Below, in pieces: positions 27,396 through 35,986 of a DNA stretch of 64,000 nt. Below the pieces are notes generated by a model. That model was not told where the DNA came from. It did no database searches and saw only the letters and a list, made by a program, of their open reading frames with translations. This DNA comes from an uncultured Mucilaginibacter sp. (GTDB taxonomy: Bacteria; Bacteroidota; Bacteroidia; Sphingobacteriales; Sphingobacteriaceae), in the NCBI GenBank assembly GCA_903863845.1, contig CAIPDP010000071.1, positions 27,617 to 91,616 on the forward strand, given 5' to 3'. Each line of letters starts with the position of its first letter. The first letter of the stretch is position 1. Both the position numbers and the translations under genes were made by a program.

Positions 27396-28253
27396 TTATT
27401 TAACAAATTGTAGTTTGAAATCTATATTATTATCCTTTGCATATTTCATAAAGTTACTAATTTGCGCCCAATGACTTGAAGTGGCTTTCCCGGGCTGTAT
27501 TCCCACTTCAAAAACTTTGCTTGTTAAATCACCACCTTCAACTGAAAAATTCCCGCTGGTAGCGCCTTGGAAACCATCTAAATTATTAACATAGCTCTTT
27601 AATATGTTAAATAAACCGTTTCCTTTAGTGTAAGAATCGACAGTTACATCAATACTTTTTATGCTCGTCGCAACCCCCGTTTCAGGATTAAATTTGTCAA
27701 TAACAGGAAAACCATAGGGAAGATTACCACCTAATATTTGTTCAACTGCAAAGCCTCGTTCCTAAGTATCCAACTCCCAAACAGAATTACTCGTTACAGT
27801 AGTGCCAAAAGTACTGGCAAATCGCCCGATCAAGCCATCGGTCATGACCATAACTGCCCCAGTGAGAACGTATCCCTTCAATCCTCTTTTTGCTTCAGCT
27901 CTTTTTACTGAATCTTCGCTAAATGCCTAATGTGAGTTTTCATCACTCCAAAATTCGAAAAAAGTTGCAATAAGCTTATTGGAATTTTAGCAGCAGCCTT
28001 GGAAATTTTTAAAGTAGCTGGAAAAAGTATTGGCCCGCAACATCTACTACCTTGCGTTTCCCTCCCATCAGGATCTATGTTTAAAATAGGGTTATCCTCT
28101 CCATAATTATAGGACAAAATTTGACTTCTCCGCCAACGGATCCACACTCGTCCACCTTGCTATCACCGGATCGTAGAACCTCGCGCCGTAATCGTATGCA
28201 CTACCACAACTATTTGGGATTTTTCCAGGGTTTTTGGCTGCATTTTTTAGGTG
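27396..28253 (-). pseudogene. Orphan, decayed Rhs-family C-terminal toxin cassette (RHS core end plus nuclease-like CT)
   Basis: Minus-strand translation gives NSCGSAYDYGARFYDPVIARWTSVDPLAEK. A frameshift then leads to ILSYNYGEDNPILNIDPDGRE, the RHS repeat-associated core signature. After a further frame change and an in-frame TAG comes ERGFAVEQILGGNLPYGFPVIDKFNPETGVATSIKSIDV...FVK-stop. A stop lies just upstream, and no RHS repeats or N-terminal domain are present. Confidence 0.7.
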
Positions 28254-28722
28254 CTATAAAGAACGTTTAGGTGTGACCAAATATAACGGATAATTTAGAT
28301 GGTACTATGCAGCAGGTTGGCCGTTTTTTTTCACGGCATTTTCGCACTGAATAATTTGGAGTAAAGTGTGTTTTCCTTAAAGGATAAACTGTTCCTCGGT
28401 TTTACCAATAACTACTTTACCTGGATATTTGACAATTGTTTTGCCCCCTGTTCGCCGGCATTCCGCGCGACACACACCAGGTCATCAACCATCATACGGC
28501 CATTCAAAAGATACAGCCCAATAAAGCCAAAACTCACTTAAATATGAAAAGGTTTTTGTAATTCTTTCATGGTTATAGGCTACCTCAAAAACGGCACTCT
28601 TGCTCAAATATCCAATAACGCAAATTGAAAAACTTTTCTCCTATGAACAAATTTCAAATGATTTGAATCTATAACACTTATAAATCTAACCTTAGCTTAC
28701 CTTTGCACATTATTAATCCCAG

Positions 28723-29844
28723 ATGGCCGGTATATATATCCACATTCCATTTTGCAAACAAGCGTGCCATTATTGCGATTTCCACTTCAGCACTTCGCTG
28801 GCTTATAAAGATGATCTGTTACTGGCCTTGCATCAAGAGATCGGCTTACAAAAAAACTATCTTGGATCTGAAACAATAGAAACTATTTATTTTGGCGGGG
28901 GCACTCCTTCTCTGCTCAATTCGGGCGAGATCAACGCCATTATTGATACGATCGCCAGATCACATTCGATATCCTCCACAGCCGAGATCACTTTAGAGGC
29001 AAACCCGGATGACCTCGACAAAAAAAAGGTGGAGGTGATCAAAGGCACCGCAGTAAATCGTTTTAGCATTGGCATTCAAAGTTTTTTTGATGAGGACCTG
29101 AAATGGATGAACCGGGCCCATCAGGCCGGGGATGCTGACTCGTCGGTAAAAAGAGCCCAGGATGCAGGATTTGAGAACATTACTATCGACCTGATCTATG
29201 GTTATCCCCTGCTCACCGATGGCAAGTGGAAAACTAATATCTACAACGTGTTTGAATTGGACGTTCCGCATGTTTCAGCTTATTCGATGACGGTTGAGCC
29301 TCGTACGGCCCTGGCTGCTTTTATAAAAAAGAAAATAGAGCCTGCGTTGAACGAAGAGCAAAGCGCATCACAATTTTTATACCTGATGGATACGATGAAG
29401 CAACAAGGTTTTGAGCATTACGAAATATCGAATTTCAGTAAGCCGGGAAAATATTCGCGGCACAATACTAATTATTGGAAGGGTGTCAAATACCTGGGAA
29501 TCGGCCCGTCGGCGCATTCATATAATGGCGATAGTAGGCAATGGAATATCAGTAATAATGCAAAATATATTAAAAGTCTTCTTGAGGCGAAAATACCGGC
29601 AGAAACTGAAATATTGACCGAAACTAATAAACTGAACGAATACATCATGACCTCGCTCAGAACCCAATGGGGCCTTGATCTTCAAAAGCTTAATGCGATT
29701 TCGGCTGGAGCTTCAACTGTTGTTTTAAAGTCGGCCAACGAGTTTTTTGAAAAACAATGGATATGCAGGGAAAATGAGATCATTTACCTAACCCAAATCG
29801 GCAAACTATATGCCGACCACATTGCTTCCAACCTGTTTTTCTGA
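28723..29844 (+). CDS. hemW: Radical SAM heme chaperone HemW (HemN-like)
   Basis: 373 aa. N-terminus GIYIHIPFCKQACHYCDF carries the CxxxCxxC radical-SAM cluster motif in the HemW context. Confidence 0.88.
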   Translation: MAGIYIHIPFCKQACHYCDFHFSTSLAYKDDLLLALHQEIGLQKNYLGSETIETIYFGGGTPSLLNSGEINAIIDTIARSHSISSTAEITLEANPDDLDKKKVEVIKGTAVNRFSIGIQSFFDEDLKWMNRAHQAGDADSSVKRAQDAGFENITIDLIYGYPLLTDGKWKTNIYNVFELDVPHVSAYSMTVEPRTALAAFIKKKIEPALNEEQSASQFLYLMDTMKQQGFEHYEISNFSKPGKYSRHNTNYWKGVKYLGIGPSAHSYNGDSRQWNISNNAKYIKSLLEAKIPAETEILTETNKLNEYIMTSLRTQWGLDLQKLNAISAGASTVVLKSANEFFEKQWICRENEIIYLTQIGKLYADHIASNLFF

Positions 29845-29987
29845 GGTTTAATATTCCCGCGTAGCTACGTGAAAAAGCTGGATCTGGTTTTAAATAGCTT
29901 AAAACCTGTAGCTATTGGATTTACAGTATTCCTAAAAACTATAGCTCTGATGCTGCCGTATCTTCCCCCAAACAAACATCAATTAAA

Positions 29988-30536
29988 ATGAAAAAAATAA
30001 TCATCGCGGCCTTTGCTTTAGCAGCTATTGCATTTGCGCCGAAATCATTCGCTCAAACAAAAATGGTAGGCGGAGCAGCAATGTATCCAACCAAAAACAT
30101 TGTTGAAAATGCCGTTAATTCAAAGGACCATACTACTTTGGTGGCGGCAGTAAAGGCAGCCGGACTGGTAGAAACACTGGAAAGCGCAGGACCATTCACT
30201 GTATTTGCGCCAACCAACGAAGCATTTGACAAATTGCCAGCAGGTACCGTAGATAACCTGGTAAAACCAGAAAACAAAGCTACGCTAACCAAAATATTGA
30301 CCTATCACGTTGTTGCTGGGCGCCTGAGCTCGGCTGACCTGGTTGCGAAGATCAAAGCAGGAAACGGCAAAGCTGAACTTACTACTGTACAGGGCGGCAC
30401 GCTTACTGCCTATTTAAAAGGCAAGAAAATTTACCTGGTTGACGAAAAAGGCGGCAAATCATGGGTTACAATTGCCGATGTTAACCAAAGTAATGGTGTG
30501 ATCCATGTTGTTAATGCGGTATTAATTCCTAACTAA
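29988..30536 (+). CDS. Secreted fasciclin (FAS1) domain protein
   Basis: 182 aa with a signal peptide. FAS1 motifs TVFAPTNEAFDKLP and NGVIHVVNAVLIP. Confidence 0.88.
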   Translation: MKKIIIAAFALAAIAFAPKSFAQTKMVGGAAMYPTKNIVENAVNSKDHTTLVAAVKAAGLVETLESAGPFTVFAPTNEAFDKLPAGTVDNLVKPENKATLTKILTYHVVAGRLSSADLVAKIKAGNGKAELTTVQGGTLTAYLKGKKIYLVDEKGGKSWVTIADVNQSNGVIHVVNAVLIPN

Positions 30537-30611
30537 ACTGGCCTCACTGCAGCTTGCATGATGGTCGTTTTAGAGAAGTGTGTATACTAACCATAGCAAT
30601 AAACTGCATAG

Positions 30612-30648
30612 AAGCCCGTTCGCAAACACGAACGGGCTTTGCTTTTTT
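30612..30648 (+). terminator. Rho-independent terminator after the fasciclin gene
   Basis: AAGCCCGTTCG (30612-30622) pairs with CGAACGGGCTT (30629-30639) in an 11-bp stem with a 6-nt loop, followed by TGCTTTTTT. Confidence 0.8.
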
Positions 30649-30789
30649 GCCTGGCAATGTCCATTTGCTGAGCCCGGACGCTGCTATTTTATTAATCGCG
30701 TCAAAGCCGTAACTTTGCCCAATCGGCCGTTACCAAGCAGGGACACATTTTTCCCGGAGTATCAATTGAAAGCCGAAAGCAATATTTCA

Positions 30790-31671
30790 ATGAGTTTTAT
30801 ACTTTCACCTATAGATACGGTTGATACGATCAGTCCAGAAGATTTTGCTAAAGACTATCTGAAACCTCGCCGTCCGCTGGTTATTAAAGGCTTGACAAAA
30901 GATTGGCCCGCACGCGAAAAATGGACAGCCGAGTATATGAAAGGAGTGGTGGGCAGCAAGATAGTTCCGCTGTACGACAACTCCAAAGCCGATCCATCGA
31001 AGCCGATCAACGCCAGTGCAGCTGAAATGCCTTTTGATCAATATATTGACCTGATCATGTCGCAGCCTACAGAATTACGTATCTTCTTCTTTAATATATT
31101 TAAATACGCCCCACAACTGCTGGATGATATAGTATTGCCTAAAGACCTGATGGGCGGCTTCCTTGAAAGTATGCCGGGAATGTTCTTCGGCGGTTCTGAT
31201 TCGGTAACGTTTCTTCATTATGATATCGATCTGCCGCATATTTTTCATACCCATTTTGTAGGACGCAAACATGTTATCCTGTTCGAAAATAAGTGGAAAC
31301 GCCGACTGTACTGTATACCTAATACTACTTATGCGCTTGAAGATTATGATGTACTCAATCCTGATTTCGTCAAATTTCCAGCGTTAGAAGGCGTAAGGGG
31401 TACTGAAGCATTCCTGGAACACGGCGACACCCTGTTTATGCCAACAGGCTACTGGCACTGGATGAAATACCTCAGTGGTTCCTTCTCTCTCAGCTTACGC
31501 GCCTGGGACGCCTCCTTAACCCGCAAAGCAGCAAGCCTCTACAACCTGGCCGTAAAAGGCGGGGTAGATAGTCTGCTGAAAATGACTTTTAAGGCCGATT
31601 ATGCCCGCTATCGCGAGAAAGTGGCAATTAAATGGGCGGATAAAGCACTGGCGGCGGGGAAGCCTATGTAG
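30790..31671 (+). CDS. JmjC/cupin-8 family Fe(II)/2-oxoglutarate oxygenase-like protein
   Basis: MSFILSPIDTVDTISPEDFAKDYLKPRRPLVIKGL is a typical cupin-8 start. HxD in FLHYDID, with a distal His in GYWHWM. The track ORF begins at 30580 but would read through the terminator at 30612-30648, so the ATG at 30790 is preferred. Confidence 0.8.
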   Translation: MSFILSPIDTVDTISPEDFAKDYLKPRRPLVIKGLTKDWPAREKWTAEYMKGVVGSKIVPLYDNSKADPSKPINASAAEMPFDQYIDLIMSQPTELRIFFFNIFKYAPQLLDDIVLPKDLMGGFLESMPGMFFGGSDSVTFLHYDIDLPHIFHTHFVGRKHVILFENKWKRRLYCIPNTTYALEDYDVLNPDFVKFPALEGVRGTEAFLEHGDTLFMPTGYWHWMKYLSGSFSLSLRAWDASLTRKAASLYNLAVKGGVDSLLKMTFKADYARYREKVAIKWADKALAAGKPM

Positions 31672-31702
31672 TCCTGAGTCTTGAGTCAGTAGTCTTGAGT
31701 CA
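31671..31702. repeat. GTCTTGAGTCA word repeat, same word family as 166-235
   Basis: GTCCTGAGTCTTGAGTCAGTAGTCTTGAGTCA lies between convergent genes. Compare GTCCTGAGTCTTAAGTCTTGAGTCA at 176-200. Confidence 0.75.
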
Positions 31703-31726
31703 ACATAGACTAAAGTGTCGGCGCGG

Positions 31727-32149
31727 TTACGACGTATGATCAAAAACGATCTTCCATTCGCCATTGATCTTACGGAACCACAAAGTAAAATAACCGCCCG
31801 GTGTTTGTCCGTTTTCGAGTTTGAGGCCCCATCCGCCCAAAACAAAGGCGTTATGATCATCAAGGACATCGACTTTTAAAATAGTAAAAGTCAGTTCGCC
31901 CATACCTGCTTTGCCGGGATAGGCTTTTTTATACCTTTCGATTGTAGCTTGCCAGCCGTACAGCGGGGCACCTTTAGTAACAAATACCAGGGAGTCTGAC
32001 TTCCAGTAGCCCTGCATAAATCCTTCGATATCGCCCTTGTTCCAGGCAAGCTGCTGAGTTGAGAGCACTTTAATAACTGCTTCCCGGTCCTGCGCAAAGC
32101 AGAGCGAGCAGCATAGCAAAAACAAACCGACCAGTAAAAGCTTTTTCAT
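31727..32149 (-). CDS. Secreted SnoaL/NTF2-like (DUF4440-type) protein
   Basis: 140 aa with a signal peptide. WNKGDIEGFMQGYW and a C-terminal GGYFTLWFRKINGEWKIVFDH are typical of the NTF2-like fold. Confidence 0.7.
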   Translation of the reverse strand: MKKLLLVGLFLLCCSLCFAQDREAVIKVLSTQQLAWNKGDIEGFMQGYWKSDSLVFVTKGAPLYGWQATIERYKKAYPGKAGMGELTFTILKVDVLDDHNAFVLGGWGLKLENGQTPGGYFTLWFRKINGEWKIVFDHTS

Positions 32150-32209
32150 GCTGAAAAATAGGAATTTTTTTTCTTACAAATCCTTTTAGCTTTGCATCAA
32201 ACCTATAAA

Positions 32210-33094
32210 ATGAGCAAGTACGTATTATGTTTTGGCGAGGTGCTTTGGGACACCTTCGAAGATGGTAAAAAACCGGGCGGCGCACCCATGAATGTGGCTA
32301 TGCACCTGGTACAGCAGGGCGTTGATGTGGCTTTTGCCAGTCGCATTGGCGAGGACGCCTCGGGCGATGAACTGGCCGAATACCTGAAGAAAAACAATTT
32401 GTTGACAGATCTGGTACAGCGCGACCCTAATTTGCCTACTTGTGAAGTTACTGTCGAACTGGATGAGCATCAACACGCTACCTATATCATACCTCAGCCG
32501 GTTTCATGGGATAATATTCAGCCGGAAGTCGCTTTGGTCGAAAGTGCCAAAAATGCCTCAGCTATTGTGTTCGGCAGCCTGGCTTGCCGCGATGAGATCA
32601 CCCGCGATACCTTGCTCAATGTGTTGAATGAAACCCATGCATTGAAAATATTTGATGTAAACCTTCGGGCACCACACTACACGCTGAACACGATCGAAAC
32701 GCTGGCAGCAAGAGCGCATGTAGTAAAAATGAACGAGGACGAAGCAGCCTTACTGATCGGTGGCAGTAAACATAGCCTCAAAGAACAGATCGCTGAATTC
32801 AGGTCGAAATTTCACACCACGACTATCTGCGTAACCCGCGGCGAAAATGGCGCCATTGTATGGCACGATCATGAATTTTATGAAAGCCCGGGCCTGCCGG
32901 TGCAGGTGGGTGATACTGTAGGTGCAGGTGATTCATTCCTTGCAACCTTTATTGCCGGTCTTTTAGCAAACGAACCAATGCAGTCAGTTATTGATAAAGC
33001 CTGCGCCGTAGGGTCGTTCGTAGCCAGTAAACGTGGTGCAAATCCGCCTTACGACGAACGAATTCTGACTTTATTAGGCCTGCCTGTAAAATAA
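32210..33094 (+). CDS. PfkB-family carbohydrate kinase (fructokinase-like)
   Basis: MSKYVLCFGEVLWD start, GGAPMNVA, and the catalytic DTVGAGDSF motif. The ATG at 32210 is preferred over the track's TTG at 32192. Confidence 0.85.
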   Translation: MSKYVLCFGEVLWDTFEDGKKPGGAPMNVAMHLVQQGVDVAFASRIGEDASGDELAEYLKKNNLLTDLVQRDPNLPTCEVTVELDEHQHATYIIPQPVSWDNIQPEVALVESAKNASAIVFGSLACRDEITRDTLLNVLNETHALKIFDVNLRAPHYTLNTIETLAARAHVVKMNEDEAALLIGGSKHSLKEQIAEFRSKFHTTTICVTRGENGAIVWHDHEFYESPGLPVQVGDTVGAGDSFLATFIAGLLANEPMQSVIDKACAVGSFVASKRGANPPYDERILTLLGLPVK

Positions 33095-33207
33095 ATTGAT
33101 CCCCGCGCAAGCCGGTAACTCTACGCAATAACCCTGCAGCAGGCATTGAAAAAAATGTCATGCTTAACTAACATTTCCCGGACTAAGGGGGCATTTCCAG
33201 ACTTTAA

Positions 33208-34344
33208 ATGAAAATAAGCCTTACCTTTATATCCGAAAGGATAACTATGCGCGGTTACGGGTTCTCGAAAAAAATCCCAAAGCAAATACCTAAAGGAGGC
33301 TTTGACGAACTTCTTAAACTATTTCTCGAACTATTGAATTATACGTCGGGAGATGCTGGCGAAGCTTTGGCCTGGATGAACGAACTCGACAAGCAATATA
33401 ACGTCACCAATGACCAGTACGGTATGGGTGATTTTATAGACGAGCTGAAGCAAAAAGGCTACCTCGACGAAAACAACGAATCGGGCGAATTCAAGATCAC
33501 TGCTAAAACTGAACAAAGTATACGCCAGTCGGCTTTGGAAGAGATTTTCGGCAAACTGAAACGATCGGGTAAAGGCAATCACCGCACGCCGCAATCGGGT
33601 CAGGGAGATGAAAGAAATTCAGAGCGTCGCGAATATGAATTCGGCGATAGCCTTGAACAGATCGACATTACCCAGTCCATACATAATGCGCAGATCAACC
33701 ATGGCATCAACGATTTCATGATGACGGAACGTGATCTGGAAGTGGAAGAAATGGATTATAAAACCCTTACTTCTACGGTCCTGATGATCGACATCTCGCA
33801 TTCCATGATCCTGTACGGTGAGGATCGCATCACACCGGCAAAAAAGGTGGCCATGGCTTTGGCCGAACTAATCCGTACCAAATACCCTAAAGACACGCTT
33901 GACATTGTGGTATTTGGCAACGATGCCTGGCCTATCAGTTTAAAGGACCTGGCTTACCTGCAGGTTGGCCCTTACCATACCAATACTTATGCTGGCTTAG
34001 AACTGGCAACAGATATTTTGCGTCGTCGGAAGACACATAATAAGCAAATATTTATGATCACAGACGGCAAGCCTACCTGCCTTAAAGAAGGGACCCGCTA
34101 CTATAAAAACAGTATCGGGCTCGACCGCAAAGTGGTCAACAAAACACTGAACATGGCGGCACAGTGTAAGAGACTAAAAATACCGATCACAACGTTTATG
34201 ATCGCAAAAGACCCCTACCTGCAGCAGTTTGTACGTAAATTTACCGAAACCAACGGCGGCAAAGCATTTTACAGCTCACTGAACGGATTGGGGGAATATA
34301 TTTTTGAAGACTATATCAAAAACAGAAGAAGAACGGTGAGGTGA
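33208..34344 (+). CDS. von Willebrand factor A (vWA) domain protein
   Basis: 378 aa. MIDAS residues DISHS (DxSxS), a T in YHTNTYAG, and ITDGKPT. An alternative ATG at 33247 is possible. Confidence 0.85.
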   Translation: MKISLTFISERITMRGYGFSKKIPKQIPKGGFDELLKLFLELLNYTSGDAGEALAWMNELDKQYNVTNDQYGMGDFIDELKQKGYLDENNESGEFKITAKTEQSIRQSALEEIFGKLKRSGKGNHRTPQSGQGDERNSERREYEFGDSLEQIDITQSIHNAQINHGINDFMMTERDLEVEEMDYKTLTSTVLMIDISHSMILYGEDRITPAKKVAMALAELIRTKYPKDTLDIVVFGNDAWPISLKDLAYLQVGPYHTNTYAGLELATDILRRRKTHNKQIFMITDGKPTCLKEGTRYYKNSIGLDRKVVNKTLNMAAQCKRLKIPITTFMIAKDPYLQQFVRKFTETNGGKAFYSSLNGLGEYIFEDYIKNRRRTVR

Positions 34345-34350
34345 TTGGAT

Positions 34351-34460
34351 AATTTGAAGATTTGTTAATTTGAAGATTTGAAAATCGGGGGCGCTCATCA
34401 AATTTTCAAATTACCAAATTTTGAAATCTTCAAATTGTCAAATTACCAAATTTTCAAATT
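34351..34460. repeat. Word-repeat inverted structure (TTTGAAGAT / ATCTTCAAA, CAAATTTTCAAATTACCAAATT words)
   Basis: The left arm AATTTGAAGATTTGTTAATTTGAAGATTTGAAAAT faces right-arm copies of its complement (AAATCTTCAAATT, ATTTTCAAATT) across a GC-rich centre, CGGGGGCGCTC. It fills the vWA to AAA+ spacer. Confidence 0.75.
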
Positions 34461-34466
34461 AAAGAA

Positions 34467-35969
34467 ATGAACTACAATTTAACAATAAAGACTTTAGGTG
34501 AACTAAAACAATCGGGATATCAAAGCCGATCGGTCAAAGATGAGCTGCGTGAAAATCTGATCGCTCAATTGCAGGAAAAAGAAGGTGGCTTTGAAGGCAT
34601 TATCGGCTTTGAAGATACCGTTATTCCCGATCTGCAAACGGCCATTTTATCACGCCACAATATATTGCTGCTGGGTTTACGCGGACAGGCCAAAACCCGT
34701 ATCGCCCGCTTAATGGTCAATTTACTGGACGAATATATTCCCTATATTGAAGGATCGGAACTTTATGATGATCCATTCAACCCGATCTCCTGGTTCGGCC
34801 ATCACGAAATAAACGAAAAAGGCGATAATACGCCAATAGCGTGGCTGCATCGCTCAGAACGTTATACTGAAAAACTGGCTACTCCGGATGTTACCGTTGC
34901 TGATTTGATCGGTGATGTGGATCCGATCAAAGCGGCAACCTTAAAATTGCATTATTCGGATGAACGGGTGATCCACTTTGGCCTTATCCCAAGGGCGCAC
35001 CGGGGAATTTTTGTGATCAACGAGTTGCCCGACCTCCAGGCACGCATTCAAGTGGCACTATTTAATATTTTGCAGGAAAAAGACATACAGATCCGCGGCT
35101 TTAAACTACGTTTACCGCTCGACCTGCAATTTGTATTTACCGCCAACCCTGAAGACTATACCAATCGCGGCTCTATTGTTACGCCATTGAAGGACCGTAT
35201 CGAGAGCCAGATATTAACGCATTATCCCCGTTCGATACAAGTTTCACGCAAGATTACCCAGCAGGAGGCCATTATTGCTCCGGCACAAAAGCTGGCGATT
35301 GAGGTTGATGGCCTGGTCAAAGATCTGATCGAACAAATTGCGTTTGAAGCCAGAGCTTCAGAATACATCGACAAAAAATCGGGTGTATCTGCCAGGCTGA
35401 CCATTTCAGCCTATGAAAACCTGGTTAGCAATGCCGAGCGCAGGATGATCATCAACAAAGAGACTTCGACATTTGTACGCATAACCGACTTTTTAGGTGT
35501 TATCCCGGCAATTACCGGCAAAATAGAACTGGTATATGAAGGTGAACTGGAGGGACCAGCTAAAGTGGCTAACCTGCTGATTGGCAAAGCGATCAAAACT
35601 TTATTGCTGCAATTCTTTCCTGATCCTGAGAAAGTTAAAAAAGCAAAAGGTGCCAACCCTTATGCCGAGATCATCAATTGGTTCGGCGACAGCAATACTT
35701 TGTTGTTAGATGACAACTCTCCTTTCAATGAATATAAAAAGAGCCTGAATTCGGTGCCAGGTTTGAAAGAACTGGTCAAAAAACTGCATCCAACTTTAAG
35801 TAACAACCAACAGCTTTTGCTGATGGAATTTGTTTTGCATGGACTTGCAGAATTCTCACAACTGAACAAAGGTTTCCTTGATAACGGATTTGCTTTTTCG
35901 GATATGTTCAACAGCCTGTTTAACCTGGAACCGGATGACGATCTGGATCTGGACGACGACCGTTATTGA
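34467..35969 (+). CDS. AAA+ ATPase of the Mg-chelatase (ChlI/BchI)/MoxR class
   Basis: 500 aa. Walker A LLGLRGQAKTR, Walker B-like IFVINELPD, and the second region of homology LQEKDIQIRGFKLRLPLDLQFVFTANPEDY. It is paired with a vWA protein as in chelatase and MoxR systems. Confidence 0.8.
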   Translation: MNYNLTIKTLGELKQSGYQSRSVKDELRENLIAQLQEKEGGFEGIIGFEDTVIPDLQTAILSRHNILLLGLRGQAKTRIARLMVNLLDEYIPYIEGSELYDDPFNPISWFGHHEINEKGDNTPIAWLHRSERYTEKLATPDVTVADLIGDVDPIKAATLKLHYSDERVIHFGLIPRAHRGIFVINELPDLQARIQVALFNILQEKDIQIRGFKLRLPLDLQFVFTANPEDYTNRGSIVTPLKDRIESQILTHYPRSIQVSRKITQQEAIIAPAQKLAIEVDGLVKDLIEQIAFEARASEYIDKKSGVSARLTISAYENLVSNAERRMIINKETSTFVRITDFLGVIPAITGKIELVYEGELEGPAKVANLLIGKAIKTLLLQFFPDPEKVKKAKGANPYAEIINWFGDSNTLLLDDNSPFNEYKKSLNSVPGLKELVKKLHPTLSNNQQLLLMEFVLHGLAEFSQLNKGFLDNGFAFSDMFNSLFNLEPDDDLDLDDDRY

Positions 35970-35986
35970 TCAGGTTTAACAATCAA

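Noticed and set aside
25550-28720. Prophage or integrative element
   Set aside because: The region is AT-rich with flanking repeats, but it contains no integrase, transposase, or phage structural or replication genes. It is better described as a decayed accessory islet.
30580-30789. N-terminal 70-codon extension of the JmjC-like ORF
   Set aside because: The extension would be translated through the fasciclin gene's intrinsic terminator (30612-30648), and it has non-protein-like composition. The ATG at 30790 gives a family-typical N-terminus.
34351-34460. Possible CRISPR array (also considered for 47531-47613 and 4817-4876)
   Set aside because: The repeat units are only 7-13 nt and directly abut each other with no unique spacers. 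No cas genes are present in the window.
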